Shown: positions 1 to 8,099 of the stretch, piece after piece | Numbering within the stretch: the first letter of the stretch is position 1 | How the letters are laid out: each line of letters opens with the position of its first letter | From: Planctomycetota bacterium | Lineage (GTDB): Bacteria > Planctomycetota > Phycisphaerae > UBA1845 | Direction: 5' to 3' | Length of the DNA: 24,000 nucleotides | Assembly (NCBI GenBank): GCA_013151185.1 | Contig: JAADIU010000337.1 | Coordinates: 10,558-34,557, forward strand | Position numbers and translations under genes: made by a program | The notes under the pieces: model-generated | Databases searched by the model: none | The model's input: the letters and a program-made list of their open reading frames with translations, nothing else | What the model was told of the DNA's origin: nothing

Positions 1-236
1 CGGTCAACGTCGGAAGCCCCCACGAAATCACCATGCTCGAATTGGTGACGACGCTGGGCAAGATCATCGGCAGCGACCTAAAAATTGTCCACCGTCCGCT
101 TCCTGCCGACGATCCGGTCAGGCGTTGCGCGGTGACGGAGCGGGCGCGCGAGCGATTGGGTTGGCAGCCCAAAACGAGCCTCGAAGAAGGCCTCACAAGA
201 ACCGTCGCCTACTTCCGCGAAATCCTGGACCGGTAA
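1..236 (+). CDS. NAD-dependent epimerase/dehydratase, UDP-glucuronate decarboxylase (UXS)-like, C-terminal fragment; the 5' end lies outside the window
   Basis: The frame is open from nt 3 (VNVGSPHEITMLELV...). The C-terminal pattern LPADDPVRR...A...LGWQP...LEEGL...YF matches the UXS/extended-SDR C-terminus. Stop TAA is at 234-236. Confidence 0.7.
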   Translation, partial: VNVGSPHEITMLELVTTLGKIIGSDLKIVHRPLPADDPVRRCAVTERARERLGWQPKTSLEEGLTRTVAYFREILDR

Positions 237-242
237 ATCGAC

Positions 243-833
243 ATGCCCCAAAACGATCCAGACATGCAAGCCGCGAACCTTGCTGCCGAAGATGCAATCC
301 CCGATCATCTGAGCGGCCTGTGGTGGGTCGTCCACACGCGATCGCGTAACGAAAAAGTGCTCGCCCAGGATTTGCACCGGATGGATATCTTCAACTATCT
401 CCCGCTTCGACCGAAAGTGACCCGAAGCAAACGCACGGGAAGACAGTCATCGTCCACAGTTCCGGTTTTCACCGGCTACCTTTTTTTGAATGCAACGGAA
501 GACCAGCGACATCGCGCGCTGACGACCAATCGCGTCGCAAACATGCTTTTTGTCCCAAGCCAGGAGCAACTGGTTCTACAATTGCGACACGTCCATCAGG
601 TCATCGGTGCGGGGGCTGCTTTCGAGCAAGTGGACGAAATCCAAAAGGGCCAATGGGTGCGCGTGATCACCGGTCCGCTGGAAGGCATCGAGGGGCGCGT
701 GGTGCAGCGGTTGGGACGAACGCGCCTGGCTGTCAGCGTAGACATTCTGGGGCAATCCGTTTTGACCGAGGTGAACGCGACATGGCTGGAAGCTGCCGAA
801 ACACCATCGCTGGCAGACAGTCGATTTGCGTAG
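243..833 (+). CDS. NusG/RfaH-like transcription antitermination paralog (NGN plus KOW domains)
   Basis: NGN-like N-terminus WWVVHTRSRNEKVLAQDL...PVFTGYLFL. KOW-like motif KGQWVRVITGPLEGIEGRVVQ. The ATG lies 6 nt after the upstream stop, inside a nucleotide-sugar operon. Confidence 0.7.
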   Translation: MPQNDPDMQAANLAAEDAIPDHLSGLWWVVHTRSRNEKVLAQDLHRMDIFNYLPLRPKVTRSKRTGRQSSSTVPVFTGYLFLNATEDQRHRALTTNRVANMLFVPSQEQLVLQLRHVHQVIGAGAAFEQVDEIQKGQWVRVITGPLEGIEGRVVQRLGRTRLAVSVDILGQSVLTEVNATWLEAAETPSLADSRFA

Positions 834-873
834 GAAACGCCTCTGCAATCGTTGAACATCGAAAGAAAGCGTT

Positions 874-2187
874 ATGAAAATTGCCGTTGTTGGGACTGGA
901 TACGTTGGCTTGGTTGCGGGCACCTGCCTCGCGGACGGCGGTAACCATGTCACATGCGTCGACAAAATCGAATCCAAAATCGCCGCCCTCAATGCGGGTG
1001 ACATTCCGATTTACGAACCCGGACTCGCCGAAATCGTCCAGCGAAACGTCAAAGGAAACCGACTCAGCTTCACGACCGATCTCGAACAAGCAGTCGCCGA
1101 CTCGCTGGTCATCTTTCTCGCGGTCGGCACGCCACCCGCCGACGACGGCTCGGCTGACCTGTCCGCGATTTTCAACGTCGCAGACACCATCGCCCGGATC
1201 ATGGATGGCTATCGAATTGTGGTGATGAAGAGCACGGTCCCGGTAGGAACCCACAAGAAAGTGTGCGAACGCCTTGCCGCAGGGACCGAGCACAAATTCG
1301 ACTACGTCAGCAACCCGGAGTTCATGAAAGAAGGCGCGGCGATCGACGACTTTATGAGTCCCGACCGCGTCATCATCGGTGCCGACAACCCTGCCGTCGT
1401 TGAAATCATGAAAGAAATCTACAGCCCGTTTATGCGCACGCGCGATCGCATCCTGGTCATGGACCCCGCGAGCGCCGAAATGTCCAAGTATGCCGCGAAT
1501 GCCCTGCTCGCAACGAAAATCTCCTTCATGAACGAAATGAGCGGGCTCTGCGATCGCATGGGTGCAGATGTGGAACGCGTTCGACGCGGTATCGGATCCG
1601 ATAGCCGCATCGGTCCTGCGTTTTTATTTCCGGGTGTGGGCTATGGCGGTTCGTGTTTTCCCAAAGACGTGCAAGCGTTGATCTCGATGGGCGAAGACAG
1701 CGACTATCCCATGTCGATTGTCGAAGCTGTACACGACGTGAACAAGCGGCAGCGTCGGCGATTCGCGGAAGGGATTCTCAAATTCTTTGGCAACCGTGCG
1801 AAAGGCGCAAAACTCGCGGTGTGGGGACTCGCCTTCAAAGCGCGCACCGACGACGTTCGCGAATCACCCGCGCTGGACTGCATCCGAACGTTCGTCGAAC
1901 ACGGAATCAAGATCAGTGCTTACGATCCCGAAGCCCTCGAAACCACCCGCGCCGAACTGGGCGACACAATTGAATATGTCACCGACGGCTACGAAACGCT
2001 TCACGATGCCGACGCGCTGATCATCTTTACTGACTGGCAGGAGTTCCGAACACCGGACTTCGACCTCATCAAGAAACGCCTTAAAGCGCCCGTCATCTTC
2101 GACGGCCGCAACCTTTACAATCGCAAGAGCCTGGCCAAACTGGGCTTTGAATACCACTGCATAGGCCGCCCCAAAGTCGATGCGTAG
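874..2187 (+). CDS. ugd: UDP-glucose 6-dehydrogenase
   Basis: N-terminal Rossmann motif MKIAVVGTGYVGLV. Also NPEFMKEG and the catalytic-Cys region GYGGSCFPKD. Length is 437 aa. Confidence 0.95.
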   Translation: MKIAVVGTGYVGLVAGTCLADGGNHVTCVDKIESKIAALNAGDIPIYEPGLAEIVQRNVKGNRLSFTTDLEQAVADSLVIFLAVGTPPADDGSADLSAIFNVADTIARIMDGYRIVVMKSTVPVGTHKKVCERLAAGTEHKFDYVSNPEFMKEGAAIDDFMSPDRVIIGADNPAVVEIMKEIYSPFMRTRDRILVMDPASAEMSKYAANALLATKISFMNEMSGLCDRMGADVERVRRGIGSDSRIGPAFLFPGVGYGGSCFPKDVQALISMGEDSDYPMSIVEAVHDVNKRQRRRFAEGILKFFGNRAKGAKLAVWGLAFKARTDDVRESPALDCIRTFVEHGIKISAYDPEALETTRAELGDTIEYVTDGYETLHDADALIIFTDWQEFRTPDFDLIKKRLKAPVIFDGRNLYNRKSLAKLGFEYHCIGRPKVDA

Positions 2188-2199
2188 GCAAGGAACGTC

Positions 2200-3150
2200 A
2201 TGAGCCTCATCGTTGTCACAGGAGCCGCAGGATTCATCGGCTCCCATCTTTGCGAGCGGTTGCTTGACCGAGGCGATACCGTCATCGGACTCGACAACTT
2301 CGACCCGTTCTACGATCCCGCGATCAAACGCACCAACATTTCGCGATCCCTCGACCATGACGCCTTCACGTTGATCGAGGGTGACATTTGCGATAGCGAT
2401 GCGGTCGATAAGCTCTTCGCGGAGCGTCCCGATGCCGTGGTCCATCTCGCGGCGCGGGCAGGTGTGCGTCCGTCGATTCTCGAACCGAAACGCTGCCAGG
2501 AAGTCAACGTCGGAGGCACCACCATCGTATTGGATGCAGCGCGACACAGTGGCGTTCCCAATTTCATCCTAGCCAGTAGCTCCAGCGTGTATGGTAACAA
2601 CAAGAAAATCCCGTTCGCAGAAACCGACAACGTTGACTATCCCATCTCACCATACGCAGCCAGCAAAAAATCAGCCGAGTTGATCGCACACAGCTACGCC
2701 CATCTGTTCGAGATGAACATGACCTGCCTGCGGTTCTTCACGGTCTACGGACCCAGACAGCGACCCGACCTCGCCATCCACAAATTCACGAAACTCATCG
2801 ACGATGGCCAACCCATTCCCGTGTTCGGCGATGGCAGCACAAGCAGAGACTACACCTACATCGACGACATCATCGATGGCACGATACGGGCAATCGATCG
2901 CTGCAAAGACTACCATGTATATAACCTTGGCGAGTCCGAACCCATCCGCCTCGACGAATTGATCGCCGCAATCGAAAAAGCATTGGACCGCGAAGCCAAA
3001 ATAGAACGAATGCCACTACAACCCGGCGACGTCGATCGCACATTTGCAAACATCACCCGAGCCAGAACCGAGCTAGGCTACCAACCCGCAACGGGCATGG
3101 AGGAAGGCCTGGCGAATTTCATAAAGTGGTTTCGCGAGCAGCATGTGTAG
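2200..3150 (+). CDS. UDP-glucuronate 4-epimerase-like NAD-dependent epimerase
   Basis: GAAGFIGSHL Rossmann motif, catalytic YAASKKSAE (YxxxK), LRFFTVYGPRQRPDLA and RDYTYIDDI, typical of the GAE/Cap1J family. The TAG stop lies inside a repeat. Confidence 0.85.
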   Translation: MSLIVVTGAAGFIGSHLCERLLDRGDTVIGLDNFDPFYDPAIKRTNISRSLDHDAFTLIEGDICDSDAVDKLFAERPDAVVHLAARAGVRPSILEPKRCQEVNVGGTTIVLDAARHSGVPNFILASSSSVYGNNKKIPFAETDNVDYPISPYAASKKSAELIAHSYAHLFEMNMTCLRFFTVYGPRQRPDLAIHKFTKLIDDGQPIPVFGDGSTSRDYTYIDDIIDGTIRAIDRCKDYHVYNLGESEPIRLDELIAAIEKALDREAKIERMPLQPGDVDRTFANITRARTELGYQPATGMEEGLANFIKWFREQHV

Positions 3151-3211
3151 GGTGGGCCATGCCCACCAGCGATCCACAACCGCACCAAATGGTGGGCACA
3201 GCCCACCCTAC
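3147..3211. repeat. REPIN-like inverted doublet of 21-nt GTAG-headed hairpin units, stem variant A (GGTGGGC/GCCCACC)
   Basis: GTAGGGTGGGCCATGCCCACC at 3147-3167. Its inverted partner GGTGGGCACAGCCCACCCTAC is at 3191-3211, with a 23-nt non-conserved spacer. The same architecture occurs at 6316-6379. Confidence 0.85.
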
Positions 3212-3265
3212 ACCATCGCAAATGGATCACGCAGAATCTACGAATCAACAACACATTTCACCGCG

Positions 3266-3310
3266 CGGGTGCCCCATCCTTGAGCGAAGCGGAAGGGTGG
3301 GGGACGGACA
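3266..3310 (-). repeat. Hairpin repeat family C, long form (reverse orientation)
   Basis: The reverse complement of 3266-3310 matches 10686-10730 at 44 of 45 nt (tgtcNgtcccccacccttccgcttcgctcaaggatggggcacccg). It has a 10-bp stem CCCCAUCCUU/AAGGGUGGGG including one G-U pair. Confidence 0.85.
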
Positions 3311-3360
3311 GGCTGCACGCAAACCACAATACAATAGTACCAAGGCGACTCGCGCCCAAA

Positions 3361-4620
3361 CTATGACTCGACAACACGCGTCACAGCCTCCAACTCGGGC
3401 ATGATATCAATAGGGCTCCCCGACGCACTGATCGCCGCAGGCACATCTTTCAAACCATTTCCGGAAATATACGCGACCACGGACGATTTGGAATTCAGTA
3501 TCCCATCGCGTACGGCTTTCGCGACACCCGCCACCGCAGTAGCTGCCGCTGGTTCCGCAAAAATTCCCGCCAACCGCCCGACCTCGCGCATCGCCCAACG
3601 AATTTCGTCATCCGAAACCGACGTAAACGCACCTTGCGAATCGCGAACCGCACGGACGGCTTTCTTCCAATTCCTCGGTACCGGACAGTTGATACTGTCC
3701 GCGAAAGTATCACCCTCACCCGCGCCCAGCGTTCCCGTCTCAAACGCTTCCTGAATCGGAGCTACCCCTTCCGCCTGCACACCCAGAAGCCGCGTCGACC
3801 AATCGATCAACTCCAACTCGGCCATCTGTCGCAGGCCCTTGGCGACGCCTGCAATCGAACATCCATCCCCCACACTCATCGACACCCAATCCGGCGGATC
3901 GGACATGCACTGCTCCGCAATCTCCAAGCCACCCGTTTTCTTACCTTCGACGAGGTACGGGTTGAACGCGCAATTTCGATTGTACCAACCGAACGCCTCG
4001 CACGCCGACGCACATAGTCGATAAGCGTCGTCGTAGGTTCCCTGCACGCGGAACACCGTGGCTCCGTAGATCAACAGTTGAGCCAGTTTTCCTTCGGGGA
4101 TTCGCTGCGAAACAAAAATATATGCGGGCATCGAGGCCATGGCAGAGCAAGCCGCCAAGCTGACGGCTGCGTTTCCGGTTGAGGCACATGCAATCGCCTT
4201 CGCCCCGGCTTCTGCCGCCCGAACGACACCGATGCTCGACGCCCGATCCTTGAAAGAACCGGAAGCGTTGCGGGAATCATCTTTGAGTCGAAGTCGCCCA
4301 ACCCCACATAGCTTTGCGAGGAGCGGCGAATCCACCAGCGGAGTCCACCCGATGGGCCACTGCGCCCCGATGTGGTGCGCCGTCACCGGCAACAGCGGTC
4401 CATATCGCCAGTGATTCTGCGGGCCATCGAGCAAGTCTGAAAGAGCGAAATCGCGAGCCACCGCATCCATGTCGTACTCAACATCCAAGAGCCCCTCATC
4501 CACACCGCAAGAGGGACAGGTATATGACACTTTATCCGGCGCGTAGGTCGCATCGCAATTGATACACCGCAACCGCCGAACATACGAAACAAACTGCGCT
4601 GACATCGACGACGCACTCAT
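3361..4620 (-). CDS. thrC: Threonine synthase (PLP-dependent, with an N-terminal zinc ribbon)
   Basis: CINCDATY...CPSCG zinc ribbon and the PLP-lysine motif GSFKDRAS. Tryptophan-synthase-beta-like fold motifs (STGNAA). Length is 419 aa. Confidence 0.8.
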   Translation of the reverse strand: MSASSMSAQFVSYVRRLRCINCDATYAPDKVSYTCPSCGVDEGLLDVEYDMDAVARDFALSDLLDGPQNHWRYGPLLPVTAHHIGAQWPIGWTPLVDSPLLAKLCGVGRLRLKDDSRNASGSFKDRASSIGVVRAAEAGAKAIACASTGNAAVSLAACSAMASMPAYIFVSQRIPEGKLAQLLIYGATVFRVQGTYDDAYRLCASACEAFGWYNRNCAFNPYLVEGKKTGGLEIAEQCMSDPPDWVSMSVGDGCSIAGVAKGLRQMAELELIDWSTRLLGVQAEGVAPIQEAFETGTLGAGEGDTFADSINCPVPRNWKKAVRAVRDSQGAFTSVSDDEIRWAMREVGRLAGIFAEPAAATAVAGVAKAVRDGILNSKSSVVAYISGNGLKDVPAAISASGSPIDIMPELEAVTRVVES

Positions 4621-4653
4621 CGGAATCTTCCTATGGATAATTACGACACACGG

Positions 4654-4726
4654 GTAGGGTCCGCTGTGCGGACCATTCGTTCAGCTGGTGGATGATGGTG
4701 ATCGTGGTCCGCACAGCGGACCCTAC
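4654..4726. repeat. REPIN-like inverted doublet, stem variant B (GGTCCGC/GCGGACC)
   Basis: GTAGGGTCCGCTGTGCGGACC at 4654-4674. Its inverted partner GGTCCGCACAGCGGACCCTAC is at 4706-4726, with a 31-nt spacer. The same architecture occurs at 19338-19410. Confidence 0.85.
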
Positions 4727-4732
4727 ATTGCT

Positions 4733-4767
4733 CATCAGTTCCCCCTCCTGGAAGGATGGGGAACCCG
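4733..4767 (+). repeat. Hairpin repeat family C, short form (diverged copy)
   Basis: catcagttccccctcctggaaggatggggaacccg aligns with 10613-10647 with 6 mismatches over 35 nt. It lies just 3' of the HTH gene stop. Confidence 0.65.
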
Positions 4768-4775
4768 GCACCCAA

Positions 4776-5261
4776 CTACTGTTCTTTCTTTTCTTCGGCC
4801 AAGAAATATGCTCCGCGTTCGCAGGCTACGGTGAAGCTCTCGGCTGTTAGTTTCAGTGTTTCCCATGCTTGGCGGATATGGTCGGCTTCGGTGGGTTCGA
4901 TCATTCCGTCGTCCTCGATCGACTGCGTCACCGTGGTGAGTAGATTGCTGAACTCGGTCACGAGTTGATGCGTGTTGCGGAGCAGTTCGGTATCGATGTC
5001 GTCGCTTTTCGGCTTGGGATTGTTGACAAAGAACCCGTCGGCTTCGTGGCAAAGCCAATTGATGACGTCCAACGATTCGGTCGCGTTGTAGATTTCTGCA
5101 ATTCGATCCAAAGGGTTTCGCGCCCCGCTCGAATCCGGATCGTCCTTGTTCGATTCCTGGCACCATTTATACACCATCGCCGGCGACAGTTTCAGCCGAG
5201 CCGCCAACGCTTTGACACCGATGGGCTCTGCCGCCCGTCGCAATACTTCGTACGAGTTCAT
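4776..5261 (-). CDS. Helix-turn-helix DNA-binding protein, phage CII/CP76-like regulator (tentative)
   Basis: 161-aa ORF. HTH-like segment VKALAARLKLSPAMVYKWC. Overall layout resembles the 186-type CII family (HTH, then a Cys/His-containing segment, then a helical C-terminus). Assignment is by eye only. Confidence 0.45.
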   Translation of the reverse strand: MNSYEVLRRAAEPIGVKALAARLKLSPAMVYKWCQESNKDDPDSSGARNPLDRIAEIYNATESLDVINWLCHEADGFFVNNPKPKSDDIDTELLRNTHQLVTEFSNLLTTVTQSIEDDGMIEPTEADHIRQAWETLKLTAESFTVACERGAYFLAEEKKEQ

Positions 5262-5446
5262 CTTGCGTTATGCTCCTTTGCGACCGGGCAGGGGAAAATC
5301 ACCGCATCTGTACACGACCAAACAAACGCGCCCGAACAGACGCGACCCAAACGGAAAAGCCCATTATAGTGAATGCTGGCTTGGCAGATACCCGAACGGA
5401 TTTTCTTCAACGACACCGTCCAAAAAGAGACCGCCAAAGAATCAAC

Positions 5447-6319
5447 ATGCAACCTCTACCTTTTCAAACCATACGGATGATTCAGCAGACGTTAGCCGAA
5501 CACGGGCTGGCACCGAATCGTCGCCTCGGTCAAAACTTCCTGATCGATCGCAATCTTATGCAAAAGCTTGTCGATAGCGCCGAGATTAAAGCTAAAGACA
5601 CCGTGTTGGAAGTCGGCGGGGGAACGGGCGGACTCACCGACCAGTTGGCTGTTCGCGCGGGGCATCTCGTCGTCGCAGAAGCCGACGCAGGTTTGGCGCG
5701 ATTGCTGGCAGACCGGTATCAAGAACGCGCCAATGTGGACATCATCCATACCGACATCTTGAAGGGCAAACACGAAATCGCGCCGGCTGTCATCGAAAAA
5801 ATCTGCGAGACAGAGGGCGATCGCGGTTTCCTGTTGGTCGCCAACCTGCCTTACAACATCGCCTCACCGCTCTTGATGAACCTGTTGATGCTCACCCCGC
5901 GCGTCAAACGAATGTGCTTCACGATTCAAAGGGAAGTGGCGGATCGCATCACGGCGAGAGCAGGATCGAAAGACGTCGGCCCGCTGTCGATCGCCTTGCA
6001 ACTCGCGTGCGATATCGAAGTCGTCGCCCACCTGCCCCCGTCGGTATTTTGGCCGCCACCGAAAATCGACTCATCGATGCTCCGCCTCGACATCAAGCCC
6101 GACGCCATCGTACCATCCGAACGCTTCGAGCAATTCGTAACCCTCGTACGCACAGCCTTCGCCCACCGTCGAAAAACGCTGCGATCCAACCTATCAAGCC
6201 TGCCCGAACGTACGCTTGAAATCGTTCAAGAACGTATCGACCTAAGTCAACGCGCGGAACAAATCCCGCTCGCCACATGGCAGGACATCCTCTCATCAAT
6301 GCGGAATGATGGCGGGTAG
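5447..6319 (+). CDS. rsmA: 16S rRNA (adenine1518/1519-N6)-dimethyltransferase
   Basis: LGQNFLID and the SAM-binding motif VLEVGGGTGGLT, plus NLPYNIASP. I chose the ATG at 5447 (MQPLPF...). The track ORF extends to 5270, but that extension is Arg-rich and unlike the family. The TAG stop lies inside a repeat. Confidence 0.9.
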   Translation: MQPLPFQTIRMIQQTLAEHGLAPNRRLGQNFLIDRNLMQKLVDSAEIKAKDTVLEVGGGTGGLTDQLAVRAGHLVVAEADAGLARLLADRYQERANVDIIHTDILKGKHEIAPAVIEKICETEGDRGFLLVANLPYNIASPLLMNLLMLTPRVKRMCFTIQREVADRITARAGSKDVGPLSIALQLACDIEVVAHLPPSVFWPPPKIDSSMLRLDIKPDAIVPSERFEQFVTLVRTAFAHRRKTLRSNLSSLPERTLEIVQERIDLSQRAEQIPLATWQDILSSMRNDGG

Positions 6320-6379
6320 GGTGGGCTGTGCCCACCATGAGCGCAACACGCGGACTGCGGTGGGCACGGCCCACCCTAC
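6316..6379. repeat. REPIN-like inverted doublet, stem variant A
   Basis: GTAGGGTGGGCTGTGCCCACC at 6316-6336 and GGTGGGCACGGCCCACCCTAC at 6359-6379, with a 22-nt spacer unrelated to the spacer at 3168-3190. Confidence 0.85.
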
Positions 6380-6386
6380 CGCGGCG

Positions 6387-7469
6387 TCACCCCGTGAACG
6401 CTTCCGCAAACGATTGGTAGTCGTCGAGATCGACATCACCGTCGGCATCGCTGTCGAAATTGTCGAGACATTGCGCGGGCGTGACTGGACCGGGCGGTGT
6501 CGGCGGAGTGTTTGGACCGGCGAGGCAATCCGTCATGACGGCATAGTCATCAAGATCCCAATCACCGTCGCCATCGAAGTCGCCAAGCACAATGTCAATC
6601 GCTGCCGGCCCGGTGATGGTTGTGACAAACGTTTGCCCAGGTGTGAACGAAGCCCACTGCGACGTGACGTAGTAGTAATCGACGCCTTCAAACAGCATCG
6701 CCTCGATGAGCGACGTGCCTTGCGGTGTGCCATTTTGTCCGAACCCGTTGCCAAGGCCATAGTCGAACAGGTTCGTCAACTGGTCGAGCGGGTCGAACGA
6801 ACCACGATAGATGTAGTTGAAGTTGTTGCCCGTCGGCACAATGCTGTGGAACGTGTATCCGCCGCCAACCGGAACGCGAAACCGAATCACATGGTAGTTC
6901 ACCGGCCCCAAGCCCGAAATACCCTCGATAAAAAATGGGCGATCCCATTGCGGTCCGGTTTGGACCGAACCATTAAGCACCGTGACCACATCGGGAACCT
7001 GCGTGGTCAGTTGAAACGACACGTTCGACAACCCTGCGATCCACGGCGGTCCGACGGAAGAAAACCGCCAGGTGAAACTACCCACGCCCGACACATCAGG
7101 CAGCCCCGGTTTGAAATCCTGGAGAGGATAGTCCGCAATCGTGACGTCGCCCCCGATGGGATTCCAATTCAACGTTTCACCCGTGGGGGCTGTCAGGTCA
7201 ATCGTGAGATCGAGAGCAAACGGATTGAGCCCGTTCTCCACGTCGGCAACGATGGCCGTCCAGTCGGCAGTGAACCCGATTCCGCTGATGGGCTCGATTG
7301 CAGAACCCACCACAAAAATGTCGATCGGCGTTCCACCCACCTGAAAATCGACACCGGGAATCGTTTCAACGAGCTTCTCTGCTGCCCAAACCGGCGCACA
7401 CAACGCCATCGCACAACCCATCGCTCCAACCAACATCAACTTTTTTTCATTCGTACAAACGCGCTTCAT
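6387..7469 (-). CDS. Secreted protein with a C-terminal dockerin-like double Ca-binding repeat; N-terminal domain unknown
   Basis: Start chosen at MKRV, preceded by GAGGTGG. Signal peptide LMLVGAMGCAMALCAPVWAAE. C-terminal GDFDGDGDWDLDDY and FDSDADGDVDLDDY repeats. Confidence 0.75.
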   Translation of the reverse strand: MKRVCTNEKKLMLVGAMGCAMALCAPVWAAEKLVETIPGVDFQVGGTPIDIFVVGSAIEPISGIGFTADWTAIVADVENGLNPFALDLTIDLTAPTGETLNWNPIGGDVTIADYPLQDFKPGLPDVSGVGSFTWRFSSVGPPWIAGLSNVSFQLTTQVPDVVTVLNGSVQTGPQWDRPFFIEGISGLGPVNYHVIRFRVPVGGGYTFHSIVPTGNNFNYIYRGSFDPLDQLTNLFDYGLGNGFGQNGTPQGTSLIEAMLFEGVDYYYVTSQWASFTPGQTFVTTITGPAAIDIVLGDFDGDGDWDLDDYAVMTDCLAGPNTPPTPPGPVTPAQCLDNFDSDADGDVDLDDYQSFAEAFTG

Positions 7470-8099
7470 TGTTCCACCTCGCTCTGTCGGAAACCTTATC
7501 GATCGCGCCATCGTAACAAAATCAACCCGATAGATGAAAACACCGATTTACAATACGAGAAAGCCGATTCACGAACGTTTACAGCGACGCACTACTATGT
7601 CATGGATGTATCCCGTCTTGGTGAAACGGATGCGCGGGAAACCAATCGGAAGATCGATGAGTGCTCGATCCACGCCGGTTTTGTGGAGGTGCGGGCTTGA
7701 CTTACCGAAGTAGGAATTGTAGGAATAGATTAACCATGAAACGCAGAAACCAATCAACTCGTTTCCAGTCAATCCGTTTTGCCACCGTTCGTTCGAGCGT
7801 TGCGCATCTGGGCATGGTCATGCCCCACCCGAGCACGGGGGTTGTTTCCCTTTGTGCCGGGTCCGTCTGTGCGTAGATCCCAGTTGTCCATCTGAGTCGG
7901 TCGATCGAACGAGGTTCACCCTGTATCTATAGGGAATTCGTGTCGTTTCGGCTACTGACACACGCACAGCTTATTCCACACCCGTCACAAACAACACACC
8001 CGTGCTTGGGATTCCGATCGCATCACTGCGCAGGCTTTGCGTCGCTCGCATCACTGCGCATCAACCAAAACAACATGATCTGCAAGCACGGAGAAAACT

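Noticed and set aside
3126-3404. 92-aa ORF (MVSRAACVGWAMPTSD...MVGTAHPT...). Related ORFs at 4735-5166 and 6093-6374 contain VGTAHPT or HPSRRG-type peptides.
   Set aside because: The recurring peptides are just translations of the intergenic repeats in different frames. The ORFs also overlap well-supported genes.
5270-5446. 59-codon N-terminal extension of the rsmA ORF
   Set aside because: The extension is basic and low-complexity and is unlike KsgA N-termini. The family-typical N-terminus begins at the ATG at 5447 (a further ATG lies at 5477).
6306-7700. 464-aa ORF on the + strand, the longest ORF in this part of the window
   Set aside because: It is fully antisense to the dockerin-repeat gene, which has a clear SD, signal peptide and dockerin motifs. 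The translation is Arg/His-rich and low-complexity-like. Its first residues are simply the REPIN-like repeat read as protein. I treat it as a shadow ORF.
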